Of a stretch of DNA of 64,000 bases, positions 31,735 to 42,735 are shown in pieces. Positions within the stretch are counted from its first letter, which is position 1. Every line of letters starts with the position of its first letter. The notes under the pieces were generated by a model. The model did no database searches and was not told the DNA's origin. It worked only from the letters and a program-made list of their open reading frames with translations. The DNA is taken from assembly GCA_902635545.1 (NCBI GenBank), contig CACPOL010000003.1, forward strand, positions 7,979-71,978, written 5' to 3'. The stretch comes from an uncultured Pelagibacteraceae bacterium. Its GTDB lineage: Bacteria; Pseudomonadota; Alphaproteobacteria; Pelagibacterales; Pelagibacteraceae. The translations under genes were made by a program, and so were the position numbers.

Positions 31735-33126
31735 ATGAATATTATAATTTGTGGAGCTGGCAGAGTAGGGTTTACAATCGCTAAACAACTTAGCGAACAA
31801 GGTCATTCTATAACTATTATTGATCAGTCTAGCGAAGATATACAAAAAATTGATGATACATTAGATGTAAAGTCAATTGTTGGTAAAGCTACTTATCCGT
31901 CAATTTTAGAAAAAGCTAATGCATCAGAGTCAGATATGATTATTGCTGTTACTAGAAACGATGAAATTAATATGTTAATTTGCCAAATAGCTTTTTCTAT
32001 ATTTAGAATACCCAAAAAAATAGCTAGAATTAGGTCTCAAGACTATTTAAATCCAAAATTTACGCGTGTTTTTAATAAAGAAAATTTACCCATTGATGTA
32101 ATTATTTCCCCAGAAATAGAGATAGCCAAATCTTTACAGCGTAAATTAGAGGCCCCAGGTGCCCTAGATAATGTACCATTTGCAAAGAATAAAATAAGAT
32201 TATTAGAAATTCTGATTAAAGATGACTGTCCAATCATAAATATTAAGTTAAATGAGTTAACTAAAAAATTCCCAAAATTAGATGCAAATATTATGGGAGT
32301 TATTAGAAACGGTAAATTTTTAAGTTTAAAAAAAAATGATGTTATTGAAAAAAATGATAAAGTATATGTAATAATTAATTCTACTCAAATGTCCGATACA
32401 TTAATTGCATTTGGACACAATGAAAAAATTTCTAATAAAATATTGATTATTGGTGGTGGAAACATTGGTTATAACTTAGCAAAAAATCTTGAAAACAGCT
32501 TTGAGTCAGCAAGATTAAAAATTATAGAAAAAAATAAAGACAGAGCTGAATTTTTAGCCAAAGAATTAAATAATTCTATAATTATAAATGGAAATGGACT
32601 TGATGAAGAAGTTCTTAACGAAGCAAATTTAGAAGAAATAGAAACAGTTCTAGCATTAACAAATGATGATGAAGATAATTTAATGGTGAGTGTTTTAGTA
32701 GAAAAATTTACAAAAGATCAAAAATCTCTAGACGATAAGAGAACAATGGCTTTAATAAATAAACCTAATTATTCTTTATTACAATCTTCACTTAAGATAG
32801 ATGACTTAATTGATCCAAGGATGAACACTGTTTCAAGTATTTTAAAGCATGTCCACAAAGGAACAATTGAGACAGCTTATACTATATTAGATGGAGAATA
32901 TGAAATTATAGAAGCAGAAATAATTGAAACATCAGAATTAATTAACAAAGAATTAAAAAATTCAAATTTACCAGACGATATTAGAATTGGAGCGGTTTTA
33001 CGAAATGAAGAGGTGATTATACCTAAATCAAGTTTCGTATTTAAAAAGGAAGATGTTGTAGTTTTTTTAGCAAAAAAAGATTTGATTTCTATTGTTGAAA
33101 ATATGTTTAGAATTAGCTCTATTTAA
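31735..33126 (+). CDS. trkA: Trk potassium uptake NAD-binding subunit
   Basis: Two RCK domains (GAGRVG; GGGNIG). Confidence 0.96.
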   Translation: MNIIICGAGRVGFTIAKQLSEQGHSITIIDQSSEDIQKIDDTLDVKSIVGKATYPSILEKANASESDMIIAVTRNDEINMLICQIAFSIFRIPKKIARIRSQDYLNPKFTRVFNKENLPIDVIISPEIEIAKSLQRKLEAPGALDNVPFAKNKIRLLEILIKDDCPIINIKLNELTKKFPKLDANIMGVIRNGKFLSLKKNDVIEKNDKVYVIINSTQMSDTLIAFGHNEKISNKILIIGGGNIGYNLAKNLENSFESARLKIIEKNKDRAEFLAKELNNSIIINGNGLDEEVLNEANLEEIETVLALTNDDEDNLMVSVLVEKFTKDQKSLDDKRTMALINKPNYSLLQSSLKIDDLIDPRMNTVSSILKHVHKGTIETAYTILDGEYEIIEAEIIETSELINKELKNSNLPDDIRIGAVLRNEEVIIPKSSFVFKKEDVVVFLAKKDLISIVENMFRISSI

Positions 33127-33130
33127 TTTG

Positions 33131-34537
33131 ATGAGTTATTTAAGATTAATCTATCTTAGTTTTTTTTGTGCATTGATATCAGTTTTATCTTTCTTTAATA
33201 TAATTTATTCCTATTATTTTAATCTTTATCTAAATTTAAATACTTATCTATATTCATTAATAATATCTTTAGTTTTAAGTATCTTTTTTTATTACATTCA
33301 AAATAATGAGAGTAAATTTACAATTTACTCAAAAATATTGACTGTTCTTTTGGGTTATTTTTTATTACCATTGATAATATCTATACCTTTTTATTTTAGT
33401 ATTTATAATCTTTCTTTTATTAACTCTTATTTTGAAGCAATTTCAGGTTTTACCTCAACTGGATTTAGTGTTTTTTCAAATATAAAACATATTGATCAAA
33501 GCCTAATTTTATGGAGATCATCCTCTCAATGGATCGGTGGTTTATACTTCTTATTTTCAATTATTTTTTTGATAGATATTTTTGATAATAGTTTTAAAAA
33601 ATCATTAACAAATTTCTTATCTTTTAATAAAGATGAAACAATTAAGCAATCTTTGAAGATATTTTTTTTATATACAGGTTTAACAATTATTATTTTCATT
33701 ATATTAAATCTTTTAAAAATAAGATCTTTTAATTCCTTAAATCTTGCATTATCAATAATTTCATCTGGAGGCTTTTTACCATCTAATGATCTTGGTTCAA
33801 TTCTTAATACCAATATACAAATAATTATTTTTTCTTTATTACTATTGATATCTTTTTTTAGTATTTTTCTAACCTATAATTTATTATTTTATAAAAATAG
33901 AAATATTGATTTTTTTCATGAAGACCTTAATTTATTTTTCTATTTTTTAGTTATTTTGTCTTTTTTTTTCCTTTTTTTTAATTTTGATAACAATTTTGGT
34001 CATATTTTTTTATCTTTAACCAGTAGTATATCTAATATTGGTTTTTCATTTACTTCAATTCCAAATAATCTAAATTTTTTACTATTAATTTTAGTTATTA
34101 TTGGTGGTTCTTTTTTTTCAACAAGCTCTGGTTTGGGATTTCTTAAAATTTATTCACTATTAAAATTTTCAATAAATGAAGTCTTATCACATACTAGACC
34201 AAAAAATATATACATTAACAAATTATTATTCTCAAAAACAAATTTTAAAACAGAAGAAACATATAAGTATTTTTTATCTATACTGGTGTTTATTATATCA
34301 TTGTTTGTACTTACTATTTTTTTATCAATTGGGGGAGTTGATTTTGAAAGTTCATTTAAACTATCCATTTTAACTTTAATGAATACTGTAAATTCTAGTT
34401 CTTATGGAATAGATGATTTTAACTTCAATAATCTAAATTTCTTTACTAAAAATTGCCTTATTATTTTTATGATTATCGGTAGGGTTGAGTTATTATCTTT
34501 GCTGATTATTTTAAAAAAATTTCTTTTTAAAAGTTAA
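33131..34537 (+). CDS. trkH: Trk potassium uptake membrane subunit (divergent)
   Basis: FEAISGFTSTGFS, LWRSSSQWIGG and MIIGRVEL motifs; ATG at 33131 after the trkA stop. Confidence 0.9.
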   Translation: MSYLRLIYLSFFCALISVLSFFNIIYSYYFNLYLNLNTYLYSLIISLVLSIFFYYIQNNESKFTIYSKILTVLLGYFLLPLIISIPFYFSIYNLSFINSYFEAISGFTSTGFSVFSNIKHIDQSLILWRSSSQWIGGLYFLFSIIFLIDIFDNSFKKSLTNFLSFNKDETIKQSLKIFFLYTGLTIIIFIILNLLKIRSFNSLNLALSIISSGGFLPSNDLGSILNTNIQIIIFSLLLLISFFSIFLTYNLLFYKNRNIDFFHEDLNLFFYFLVILSFFFLFFNFDNNFGHIFLSLTSSISNIGFSFTSIPNNLNFLLLILVIIGGSFFSTSSGLGFLKIYSLLKFSINEVLSHTRPKNIYINKLLFSKTNFKTEETYKYFLSILVFIISLFVLTIFLSIGGVDFESSFKLSILTLMNTVNSSSYGIDDFNFNNLNFFTKNCLIIFMIIGRVELLSLLIILKKFLFKS

Positions 34538-34575
34538 TTTAGTAATATAAATAGCTTATATAATAATTATGATTT

Positions 34576-34652
34576 GCGCCCTTAGCTCAGCTGGATAGAG
34601 CATCGGTTTTCTAAACCGAGGGTCGGAGGTTCGAATCCTCCAGGGCGCGCCA
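34576..34652 (+). tRNA. tRNA-Arg (TCT)
   Basis: GCGCCCT/AGGGCGC acceptor stem, anticodon arm TCGGT-TTTCTAA-ACCGA, GGTTCGAATCC T-arm and encoded CCA; 77 nt. Confidence 0.97.
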
Positions 34653-34796
34653 ATTTGTTCAAAAAAAACCCCATTTTGGCTAAATTAATAAAAAATATTT
34701 CCTTGAAGCTGTAAATATATCATGCTTAAATTATGAATATTCAAAAGTAATTTTGAATTATTTGTTAACAAATAAAAATAACATAAAGGAAGAATA

Positions 34797-35837
34797 ATGT
34801 TTAAATACTTAAAACAATTAACTTCATTTGTTGCTATGGTTGCAGTTCTGTTTGTTTTTTCAACAGAAACTATGGCTGCAAAGAAATCAAAAACACTTAA
34901 AAACACTCAAAAGAAAGGTTTTGTAAGATGTGGAGTATCTCAAGGTCTACCAGGATTTTCTAATGCTGATGCAGCAGGAAATTGGACAGGTGTTGACGTT
35001 GATGTATGTAGAGCAGTAGCTGCTGCGGTTCTAGGTGATGCAAACAAAGTTAAGTTTACACCACTAAGTGCTAAAGAAAGATTTACAGCTTTAACTTCTG
35101 GTGAGATTGATATCTTATCAAGAAACACAACTTGGACTCTTTCTAGAGATGCTGATATCGGACTTACTTTCGTAGGTGTGAACTTTTACGATGGACAAGG
35201 TTTCATGGTAAGAAAAAGTTCAGGTATAACTTCGGTAGATCAATTCAAAAATGGTATCTCAGCTTGTACAAATATTGGTACAACAACTGAGTTAAACATG
35301 AGAGATTTCTTTAATTCTAGAGGAATTTCTTATGAGCCAGTTGCTTTTGAAAAAGCTGACGAAGTCGTAGCTGCTTATGATGCAGGTAGATGTGATACTT
35401 ACACTACTGATAAATCTGGTTTAGCTGCTCAAAGAACAAAAATGAAAAACCCTGATGAACATATTGTTCTACCAGAAACTATTTCTAAAGAACCTTTAGG
35501 ACCAGTTGTAAGACAAGGTGATTCAGTATGGGAAGATATCGTAAGATGGTCTTTGAACACTATGATTGAAGCAGAAGAATATGGTATTACTTCATCTAAT
35601 GCAGACTCAATGAAAACTTCAGATAACCCGCAAATCAAAAGACTAGTTGGTGCTGAAGGTGAAATGGGTGCAGCATTCGGTTTAGATAATGAGTGGAACT
35701 TAAGAATTATCAAACAAGTTGGAAACTATGGTGAAAGTTATAAGAGAAATATAGCTGACACTGGTATTTTACCAGACAGAGGTCCAAATGAATTATGGAC
35801 TAAAGGTGGTATATTATACGTTCCACCATCAAGATAA
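34797..35837 (+). CDS. aapJ: General L-amino acid ABC transporter substrate-binding protein
   Basis: Signal peptide, CGVSQGLPGF, LSRNTTWT, FYDGQGFMV, ISKEPLGP and QVGNYGE motifs. Confidence 0.95.
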   Translation: MFKYLKQLTSFVAMVAVLFVFSTETMAAKKSKTLKNTQKKGFVRCGVSQGLPGFSNADAAGNWTGVDVDVCRAVAAAVLGDANKVKFTPLSAKERFTALTSGEIDILSRNTTWTLSRDADIGLTFVGVNFYDGQGFMVRKSSGITSVDQFKNGISACTNIGTTTELNMRDFFNSRGISYEPVAFEKADEVVAAYDAGRCDTYTTDKSGLAAQRTKMKNPDEHIVLPETISKEPLGPVVRQGDSVWEDIVRWSLNTMIEAEEYGITSSNADSMKTSDNPQIKRLVGAEGEMGAAFGLDNEWNLRIIKQVGNYGESYKRNIADTGILPDRGPNELWTKGGILYVPPSR

Positions 35838-35856
35838 TTTAAGTTAAAAATTACAT

Positions 35857-35889
35857 AAAAAGGGCTAGATTTTTCTAGCCCTTTTTTTT
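35857..35889 (+). terminator. Intrinsic terminator / stabilising hairpin after aapJ
   Basis: AAAAAGGGCTAGA-tttt-TCTAGCCCTTTTTTTT: a GC stem followed by a T tract. Confidence 0.9.
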
Positions 35890-35913
35890 ATAAACTCATA
35901 TATTATCCTCACA

Positions 35914-37065
35914 GTGAATTTTAAACTTAAAGATCTAGGTCCACAATTAATAACAGTTATAGCTGTTGTTCTTGTCTTTGGTTTTTTTACTTATAACGCA
36001 CAGGTCAATATGGAGAGTAGAGGTATTGATTTTGGCTATGGATTTTTATCTCAAGAATCCTCATTTGATGTTCAGTTTTCATTAATTGAGTATGATGGAT
36101 CTCATTCATACTTTAGAGCCTATTTAGTTGGTTTATTAAACACAATATTAGTTTCAGTTATTGGAATTATTCTTGCAACTATACTAGGTGTAATAGTTGG
36201 TATAGCAAGACTTTCTCCAAATTATTTAATTAATAAATTTGCCGCTTTTTATGTAGAATTTTTTAGAAATATACCATTACTTTTACAAATTTTTTTCTGG
36301 TACTTTGCTGCATTACGAGCTTTACCACTTCCACAAGATGCTGAACCAATGTTAGGAATTTTTTTCTTAACAATAAAGGGTTTATATGTTCCAGCTTTTA
36401 TTTGGCAAAATTTTAATATTTTCTTTTATTCAATATTAGCTGCAATTATTGCAATAATAGTTATTCGTATTCATGCAAAAAAATTACAAGAAACTCAAGG
36501 TAAACAAACACCAGTTCTATTAATATCGATAGGTTTAATTCTAATTTTACCTCTTTTAAGTTTTTTAATTGGTGGTGTAGGGTTATCATTTGAAGTTCCT
36601 GTTTTAAAACAACTAGCAACAACATCATTTATTTATGAAGGGGGTGTAAGTTTACCACCTGAATTAATTGCTTTAGCATTATCATTATCTTTATATACTG
36701 CAACTTTTATAGCTGAATGTGTAAGAGCGGGGATTCAAGGTGTTGGCAAAGGTCAAAAAGAGGCGGCAGCATCTATTGGATTAACTCCAAATCAAGTGCT
36801 TAAATTAGTAGTAATGCCTCAAGCTCTCAGAATAATAATACCGCCAACAACTAATCAATATTTGAATTTAACTAAAAATTCTTCATTAGCTGCAGCAATA
36901 GCATATCCTGATTTAGTATTAGTTTTTGCAGGAACAGCTTTAATGCAAACTGGAAAAGCAATTGAAATTGTTTCTATCACAATGTTTACTTACTTATCCT
37001 TAAGTATTTCAATCTCAATATTAATGAATTGGTACAATAAAAAAATAGCAATAACAGAAAAATGA
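35914..37065 (+). CDS. aapQ: Amino acid ABC transporter permease
   Basis: VGLLNT, FRNIPLLLQ, EAA loop (GQKEAAASIG) and YLNLTKNSSLA. Confidence 0.93.
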   Translation: MNFKLKDLGPQLITVIAVVLVFGFFTYNAQVNMESRGIDFGYGFLSQESSFDVQFSLIEYDGSHSYFRAYLVGLLNTILVSVIGIILATILGVIVGIARLSPNYLINKFAAFYVEFFRNIPLLLQIFFWYFAALRALPLPQDAEPMLGIFFLTIKGLYVPAFIWQNFNIFFYSILAAIIAIIVIRIHAKKLQETQGKQTPVLLISIGLILILPLLSFLIGGVGLSFEVPVLKQLATTSFIYEGGVSLPPELIALALSLSLYTATFIAECVRAGIQGVGKGQKEAAASIGLTPNQVLKLVVMPQALRIIIPPTTNQYLNLTKNSSLAAAIAYPDLVLVFAGTALMQTGKAIEIVSITMFTYLSLSISISILMNWYNKKIAITEK

Positions 37066-38507
37066 TGTCTAAAATTAATTTTTTAAAACCAAATAAATCT
37101 AACCTAAACACTTTTTTATATTTAGGTTCTTTTTTGTTTTTTATTAGTGTTTTGGATGTTTTGTTGAACTCTTTTTTTAGTTTAAATATAACTGGTTTTT
37201 TACCTGGTTTTTTAAGTTTTTTATTACCATTAATACTGGGTTTTATTGGACTTTATTTTATAAGAATTGAGTTAAGTGGAATTAAACAATTAGATTTATT
37301 AAACAAACATATAAATACTAATAACTTTAATGCTATTTTATCTCTATTAATTATATTTATAATTTTAAAATCAATTCCGCCGATATTAAGTTGGTTCTTT
37401 ATTAATGCTAGTTTTGCTGGAGACTCAAAAGACGTTTGTACAGGCACAGGAGCTTGTTGGACATATATCAAAGTTTGGATGAGAAGATTTATGTATGGAA
37501 TGTATCCAAATGGAGAACAATGGAGAATTAATTTATCATTTATAGCTTTAGCTTTACTTGGATCTGTTGGATACTTTGCTACTGATAAATTCAAAAAATA
37601 TTTAACTCTTTATTATGTAGTTATTTATCCATTCATAGCATTCTTGTTCATATTTTTCTTTATTTCAGGTGGTCCAGTTTTTTTTGATTTTTCATATGGT
37701 ATAATTGCAGCAATTTTATCTATTATTATTGGGTTTTTTATTCCTAGTAGGTTTAGGTTTTATTATTTTTTAATTGTTCCTTTGGCATTATATATTTTAT
37801 TGAAATATTTTATTTTTTACGAAGAACTAGTCGAATTAGGAAAATTAGATGGGTTAAACTGGGTAGAAACTGGTGCTTGGGGTGGACTGTCTTTAACTTT
37901 TATAATCTCATTTTTCTGTTTAATTTTTTGTTTTCCAATAGGAATGGCTTTTGCATTAGGTAGAAGGTCAGGATTTCCATTAATTAGATATATATCGATA
38001 GGTTTTATTGAATTTTGGAGAGGTGTTCCATTAATTACAGTATTATTTATGTCAGCTGTAATGTTTCCAATGTTTTTACCAGCAGATTTCTTTATAGATA
38101 AATTAGTTAGATGTATAATAGCTATTTCTTTATTTGAAGCAGCATATGTTGCTGAAGTTATAAGAGGAGGTTTACAAGCTCTTCCCAGAGGCCAATATGA
38201 AGCTGCAAAATCTTTAGGAATGGGTTATTGGAAAATGCATATATTTGTTATTTTACCTCAGGCCTTAAAATTAGTTATTCCTGGAATAGCAAATACATTT
38301 TTAGCTTTAGTTAAAGATACACCATTAATTTTTGTAGTTGGCCTTTTAGAAATAGTAGGAATGTTGAATTTAGCTAAAACTAATCCCGAATGGTTAGGTT
38401 TTGCTATGGAAGGCTATGTATTTGCAGCAATAATTTTCTGGATTATTTGTTATGCAATGAGTAAATATAGTTATAATTTAGAAGAAAAATATAAAACTGA
38501 AAGATAA
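37062..38507 (+). CDS. aapM: Amino acid ABC transporter permease (extended)
   Basis: [27 protein letters not shown] and GQYEAA motifs. Confidence 0.93.
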   Translation: MMSKINFLKPNKSNLNTFLYLGSFLFFISVLDVLLNSFFSLNITGFLPGFLSFLLPLILGFIGLYFIRIELSGIKQLDLLNKHINTNNFNAILSLLIIFIILKSIPPILSWFFINASFAGDSKDVCTGTGACWTYIKVWMRRFMYGMYPNGEQWRINLSFIALALLGSVGYFATDKFKKYLTLYYVVIYPFIAFLFIFFFISGGPVFFDFSYGIIAAILSIIIGFFIPSRFRFYYFLIVPLALYILLKYFIFYEELVELGKLDGLNWVETGAWGGLSLTFIISFFCLIFCFPIGMAFALGRRSGFPLIRYISIGFIEFWRGVPLITVLFMSAVMFPMFLPADFFIDKLVRCIIAISLFEAAYVAEVIRGGLQALPRGQYEAAKSLGMGYWKMHIFVILPQALKLVIPGIANTFLALVKDTPLIFVVGLLEIVGMLNLAKTNPEWLGFAMEGYVFAAIIFWIICYAMSKYSYNLEEKYKTER

Positions 38508-39241
38508 TGTCTGATCCTATAATTCAAATAAAGAATGTTGATAAATGGTTTGGAGACTTCCAGGTATTAAAAGATATAAATTTAGAAGTAGAAAAAAATA
38601 AAAAGATTGTTGTTTGTGGTCCATCGGGATCTGGTAAATCTACATTAATTAGATGCATCAATAGATTAGAGGAACATCAAAAGGGTTCCATAATCGTAGA
38701 TGGAAATGAGTTAACTGAAGATACAAAAAATATCGAACAAATAAGAGCGGAAGTAGGAATGGTTTTTCAACAATTCAATTTATTTCCTCATTTATCAATT
38801 TTAGATAATTGCACGTTGGCTCCTATCTGGGTAAAAAAAATGCCAAAAAAGGATGCTGAGGAACTTGCAATAAACCAGTTAAAACAGGTTCAAATTGATG
38901 ATCAAGCGCACAAATATCCGGGACAATTATCTGGTGGTCAACAACAAAGATGTGCAATAGCAAGAGCACTATGTATGGAACCAAAAATAATGCTTTTTGA
39001 TGAACCAACTTCAGCATTAGACCCGGAAATGATTAAGGAAGTTTTAGATGCTATGGTAAACCTTGCCAAAGCAGGAATGACAATGATTGTTGTAACTCAT
39101 GAAATGGGATTTGCTAAAGAAGTTGCTGATGAAGTTATTTTTATGGATGAAGGTATGATTATAGAAAAGGCAAACACCAAAGAATTTTTTGCAAATCCTA
39201 AGAGCGATAGAACAAAATTATTTCTTAGTCAAATTTTATAA
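38507..39241 (+). CDS. aapP: Amino acid ABC transporter ATP-binding protein
   Basis: [17 protein letters not shown] and [10 protein letters not shown] motifs. Confidence 0.96.
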   Translation: MSDPIIQIKNVDKWFGDFQVLKDINLEVEKNKKIVVCGPSGSGKSTLIRCINRLEEHQKGSIIVDGNELTEDTKNIEQIRAEVGMVFQQFNLFPHLSILDNCTLAPIWVKKMPKKDAEELAINQLKQVQIDDQAHKYPGQLSGGQQQRCAIARALCMEPKIMLFDEPTSALDPEMIKEVLDAMVNLAKAGMTMIVVTHEMGFAKEVADEVIFMDEGMIIEKANTKEFFANPKSDRTKLFLSQIL

Positions 39242-39353
39242 CAATTATTTTTTGTATATTTGATATAATTATCCTAAATTTATAAATGATTACGCGGCTC
39301 ATTTAGCCCTTGTCAAGCCTCATAATTATTTTTTTTTTTTATTATTTTATGAC

Positions 39354-39382
39354 TAGACACAAGTCACAGAAACCTGTCTAAT
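39354..39382 (+). promoter_or_regulatory. Putative sigma70 promoter of the XRE regulator with overlapping inverted repeats
   Basis: TAGACA-N17-TCTAAT. Inverted repeats TAGACA..TGTCTA and TGACT-N7-AGTCA overlap it. Confidence 0.5.
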
Positions 39383-39414
39383 ATCACTTTATAAAATATT
39401 TAAGAGGGGTCTTA

Positions 39415-39786
39415 ATGGAGGATAATTTTAATAAACACCTTGGCAATAAACTTAAACTAAGAAGATTAGCATTAGGTTTAACCCAAACAAAGGTTGCTAA
39501 AGCAATAAATGTTACATTTCAACAAATACAAAAATATGAAAAAGGTACTAATGGCGTGAGTTCAATAAGATTACTGCAACTTTCAAACTATTTAAAAGTA
39601 CCTATCAATTATTTTTTTGAAGATTTTCCAGAATATACAATTAATTTAGAGAAATCTTCAGAAGGACATATGAATGTGAATTATAATTTTTTAGCTAAAG
39701 TTTTTTCTGAACTTAATAATGATCAAAAGCTAAAATTTAGCAAATTATTACAAATTCAAAATATTGGAATTTCAAAAGTAGGATAG
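39415..39786 (+). CDS. XRE-family HTH transcriptional regulator
   Basis: LGLTQTKVA...VTFQQIQKYEKGTN, typical of an alphaproteobacterial HTH_3 family; GAGGGG SD upstream. Confidence 0.9.
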   Translation: MEDNFNKHLGNKLKLRRLALGLTQTKVAKAINVTFQQIQKYEKGTNGVSSIRLLQLSNYLKVPINYFFEDFPEYTINLEKSSEGHMNVNYNFLAKVFSELNNDQKLKFSKLLQIQNIGISKVG

Positions 39787-39787
39787 T

Positions 39788-39863
39788 TGGCTCCTCGGGC
39801 AGGACTCGAACCTGCGACCAATTGATTAACAGTCAACTGCTCTACCAACTGAGCTACCGAGGA
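39788..39863 (-). tRNA. tRNA-Asn (GTT)
   Basis: Reverse complement TCCTCGGTAGCTCAGTTGGTAGAGCAGTTGACTGTTAATCAA...GGTTCGAGTCC...GAGGAGCCA; 76 nt. Confidence 0.97.
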
Positions 39864-39913
39864 ATATAAAGACCTCAACTTACTTTTTTTTTAAACTAAA
39901 ACAAGATTTATTT

Positions 39914-39987
39914 TGGAGGCAACGCCCGGAATCGAACCGGGATACAAGGATTTGCAATCCTCTGCGTAACCATTCCGCCACGTTGCC
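39914..39987 (-). tRNA. tRNA-Cys (GCA)
   Basis: Reverse complement GGCAACGTGGCGGAATGG...GAGGATTGCAAATCCTT...GGTTCGATTCC...GTTGCCTCCA; 74 nt. Confidence 0.97.
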
Positions 39988-40107
39988 AAGAGTTTTAGTA
40001 GATAGTTACACCTGATTTTATATAAAATATTTACAATTAGTCTATTAAATAACGATCTAATTTGATTATTGTTAATTTAGATTAATAAATTATAAACTAC
40101 TTAATCC

Positions 40108-42735
40108 ATGAATAGTGATAAATATATACATTCTGAAGTAGAAGATAATATTTATTCTTATTGGGAAAAAAATAAATTATTTAAACCTAAGAAAAATTCA
40201 AAAAAATACTCAATTGTTATTCCACCTCCTAATGTAACTGGAAGTTTGCATATGGGGCATGCTTTAAATAATTCCATTCAAGATCTTTTAGTTCGTTATT
40301 ATCGAATGAATAATTATGAAACTTTGTGGCAACCTGGGACTGATCATGCAGGAATAGCTACCCAAGCTCTTGTTGAAAAAAAGCTTGAAAAAGAGAATTT
40401 AAATAAAAATGATTTGGGTAGAGAAAAATTTATTGAAAAAGTATGGGAATGGAAAAATCAATATGGGGACATTATTATTAATCAGCTTAAAAAACTTGGA
40501 TGTTCATGTGATTGGTCTAGAAACGCATTTACAATGGATGAAAATCTTTCAAAATCAGTAGTAAAAGTTTTTGTTGAATTGCATAAAAAAAAATTAATTT
40601 ATAAAGCAGAAAAATTGGTCAATTGGGACACAGTTCTAAAAACAGCCATATCTGATTTAGAGGTTGATCAAAGGGAAATGAACTCAAAGATTTACTATAT
40701 TAGATATCCAATAGATAATTCATCAGATTTTATAACTATTGCAACTACAAGACCTGAAACAATGCTTGGTGATACAGCAATTGCTGTAAACCCAAAAGAT
40801 GAGCGGTTTAAAAAATATGTGGGCAAAACTGTCACAATCCCAATAGTAGGCAGAAAAATAAAAATTATAAAAGATAATTATGCTGATCCTGAACAAGGAA
40901 CTGGTGCATTAAAAATTACCCCAGCTCATGACTTTAATGATTATGATGTTGGACAAAGAAATAAGTTAGATATTATAAATGTATTTACTGAAGATGGTAA
41001 AATAAATAATAATGCACCTAGTGATTATGTTGGATTAGATAGATTTGAAGCACGCAAAAAAATTTTAAATGAGTTAAAAGAAAAAGATTTTTTTGTTAAA
41101 GAAGAAACTATTAAAAATAAAGTACCATATGGGGATAGATCAAATTCAGTTATTGAACCTTTTTTAACAGAACAATGGTTTGTAAATGCAAAAAAATTAT
41201 CCGTTAAAGCTAAGCAAATAGTTAAATCAAAAAAAACAAATTTCTTTCCTGAAAATTGGTCAAAGACTTATTTTCAATGGATGAATAATATTGAACCTTG
41301 GTGTATTTCTAGACAACTTTGGTGGGGTCATCAAATACCAGCTTGGTATGGGCCCGATAAAAAGATATTTGTTGCAACAAATGAAACTGATGCAAAAAAA
41401 CAAGCTAAAAAATTTTATAAAAAAGATGTTAAAATTATAAGAGATCCTGATGTTTTAGATACATGGTTTTCATCTGGTTTATGGCCTTTTGCAACATTAG
41501 GTTGGCCTGATAAAAAAGAATTTGTAAAAAAATTTTATCCAACAACAGTTTTGGTTACCGGCTTTGATATCATATTTTTTTGGGTTGCAAGAATGATGAT
41601 GTTTGGAATGGAATTTTTAAATAAAGAACCATTTAAGGATATTTATGTTCATGCTTTAGTTAGAGATGAGAAAGGACAAAAAATGTCAAAGTCAAAAGGA
41701 AATGTAATTGATCCACTAGATTTAATTGAAAAATATAGTGCAGATGCTTTAAGATTTACTCTTCTTTCAATGGCATCACCAGGAACAGATGTTAAACTTT
41801 CAGAGGATAGAGTTAAGGGTTATAGGAATTTTCTAAATAAATTATGGAATGCTAATAATTTTTTAATTACTAATAAATGTGATTTTAATAAAACTGATAA
41901 AACTCCCAAAACTACACTAAATATAAATAAGTGGATTTACTCAGAACTAATACAAACCAAAGATAAAATTGAGAAAAATCTTAAAGATTACCGATTTGAT
42001 GAAGCAGCTAAAAATGCCTACCAGTTTGCTTGGCATTCTTATTGCGACTGGTACATTGAGCTTTCAAAAACTATTCTGTTTTCAGATGATGAAAAATCTA
42101 AAAAAGAAGTTAAAGAAGTATCAGCTTATATATTTAAACAAATACTTATTATTCTTCACCCATTTATTCCATTTGTTACTGAGAAAATCTGGTTAAAAAA
42201 TAAATTTGATAAATCAGATAAGAATTTTCTAATGCATGCTAATTGGCCATCAGGAAAAGCCAAAAAAGATCAATCTATGAAAGATGTAGAGAGTATTATC
42301 AATGTCATTTCTGAACTCAGGTCTTTTAAAAATGAATTAAATGTTAACCCAGGCTCATTTATCGATATTTCAATTAATAAAATTGCTAAAAAAAATAAAA
42401 CATTAATGACTAATAATGAAATCATTCTTAAAAAGCTTGGTCGTATCAATAATTTCTTTGATAAAGACCAAGAAAAACCAGCAGCTACATTAGTTATATC
42501 TGGTGACATATTTAAGATATATTTTGATGAGAATGTGGATTTAAATCTATTAAAAGAAAACCTAGTCAAAAGACAGAATAAATATCAAGAGGAAATGGAC
42601 AAAATATCTCAAAGATTATCTAATAAAAGATTTACTGATAGAGCTCCAAAAAATATTGTTGAACAAGAAAAAACTAACTATAGTAATTTAAAAAATGATA
42701 TTAAAAAGATATCATTAACAATTAAAAGTTTATAA
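40108..42735 (+). CDS. valS: Valine--tRNA ligase
   Basis: [29 protein letters not shown] and C-terminal coiled coil. Confidence 0.99.
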   Translation: MNSDKYIHSEVEDNIYSYWEKNKLFKPKKNSKKYSIVIPPPNVTGSLHMGHALNNSIQDLLVRYYRMNNYETLWQPGTDHAGIATQALVEKKLEKENLNKNDLGREKFIEKVWEWKNQYGDIIINQLKKLGCSCDWSRNAFTMDENLSKSVVKVFVELHKKKLIYKAEKLVNWDTVLKTAISDLEVDQREMNSKIYYIRYPIDNSSDFITIATTRPETMLGDTAIAVNPKDERFKKYVGKTVTIPIVGRKIKIIKDNYADPEQGTGALKITPAHDFNDYDVGQRNKLDIINVFTEDGKINNNAPSDYVGLDRFEARKKILNELKEKDFFVKEETIKNKVPYGDRSNSVIEPFLTEQWFVNAKKLSVKAKQIVKSKKTNFFPENWSKTYFQWMNNIEPWCISRQLWWGHQIPAWYGPDKKIFVATNETDAKKQAKKFYKKDVKIIRDPDVLDTWFSSGLWPFATLGWPDKKEFVKKFYPTTVLVTGFDIIFFWVARMMMFGMEFLNKEPFKDIYVHALVRDEKGQKMSKSKGNVIDPLDLIEKYSADALRFTLLSMASPGTDVKLSEDRVKGYRNFLNKLWNANNFLITNKCDFNKTDKTPKTTLNINKWIYSELIQTKDKIEKNLKDYRFDEAAKNAYQFAWHSYCDWYIELSKTILFSDDEKSKKEVKEVSAYIFKQILIILHPFIPFVTEKIWLKNKFDKSDKNFLMHANWPSGKAKKDQSMKDVESIINVISELRSFKNELNVNPGSFIDISINKIAKKNKTLMTNNEIILKKLGRINNFFDKDQEKPAATLVISGDIFKIYFDENVDLNLLKENLVKRQNKYQEEMDKISQRLSNKRFTDRAPKNIVEQEKTNYSNLKNDIKKISLTIKSL

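Noticed and set aside
34576-39987. aap operon and XRE gene flanked by inward-pointing tRNA 3' ends, resembling an integrative island
   Set aside because: No integrase and no duplicated tRNA 3' end (att site) were seen, and the cargo is ordinary housekeeping transport.
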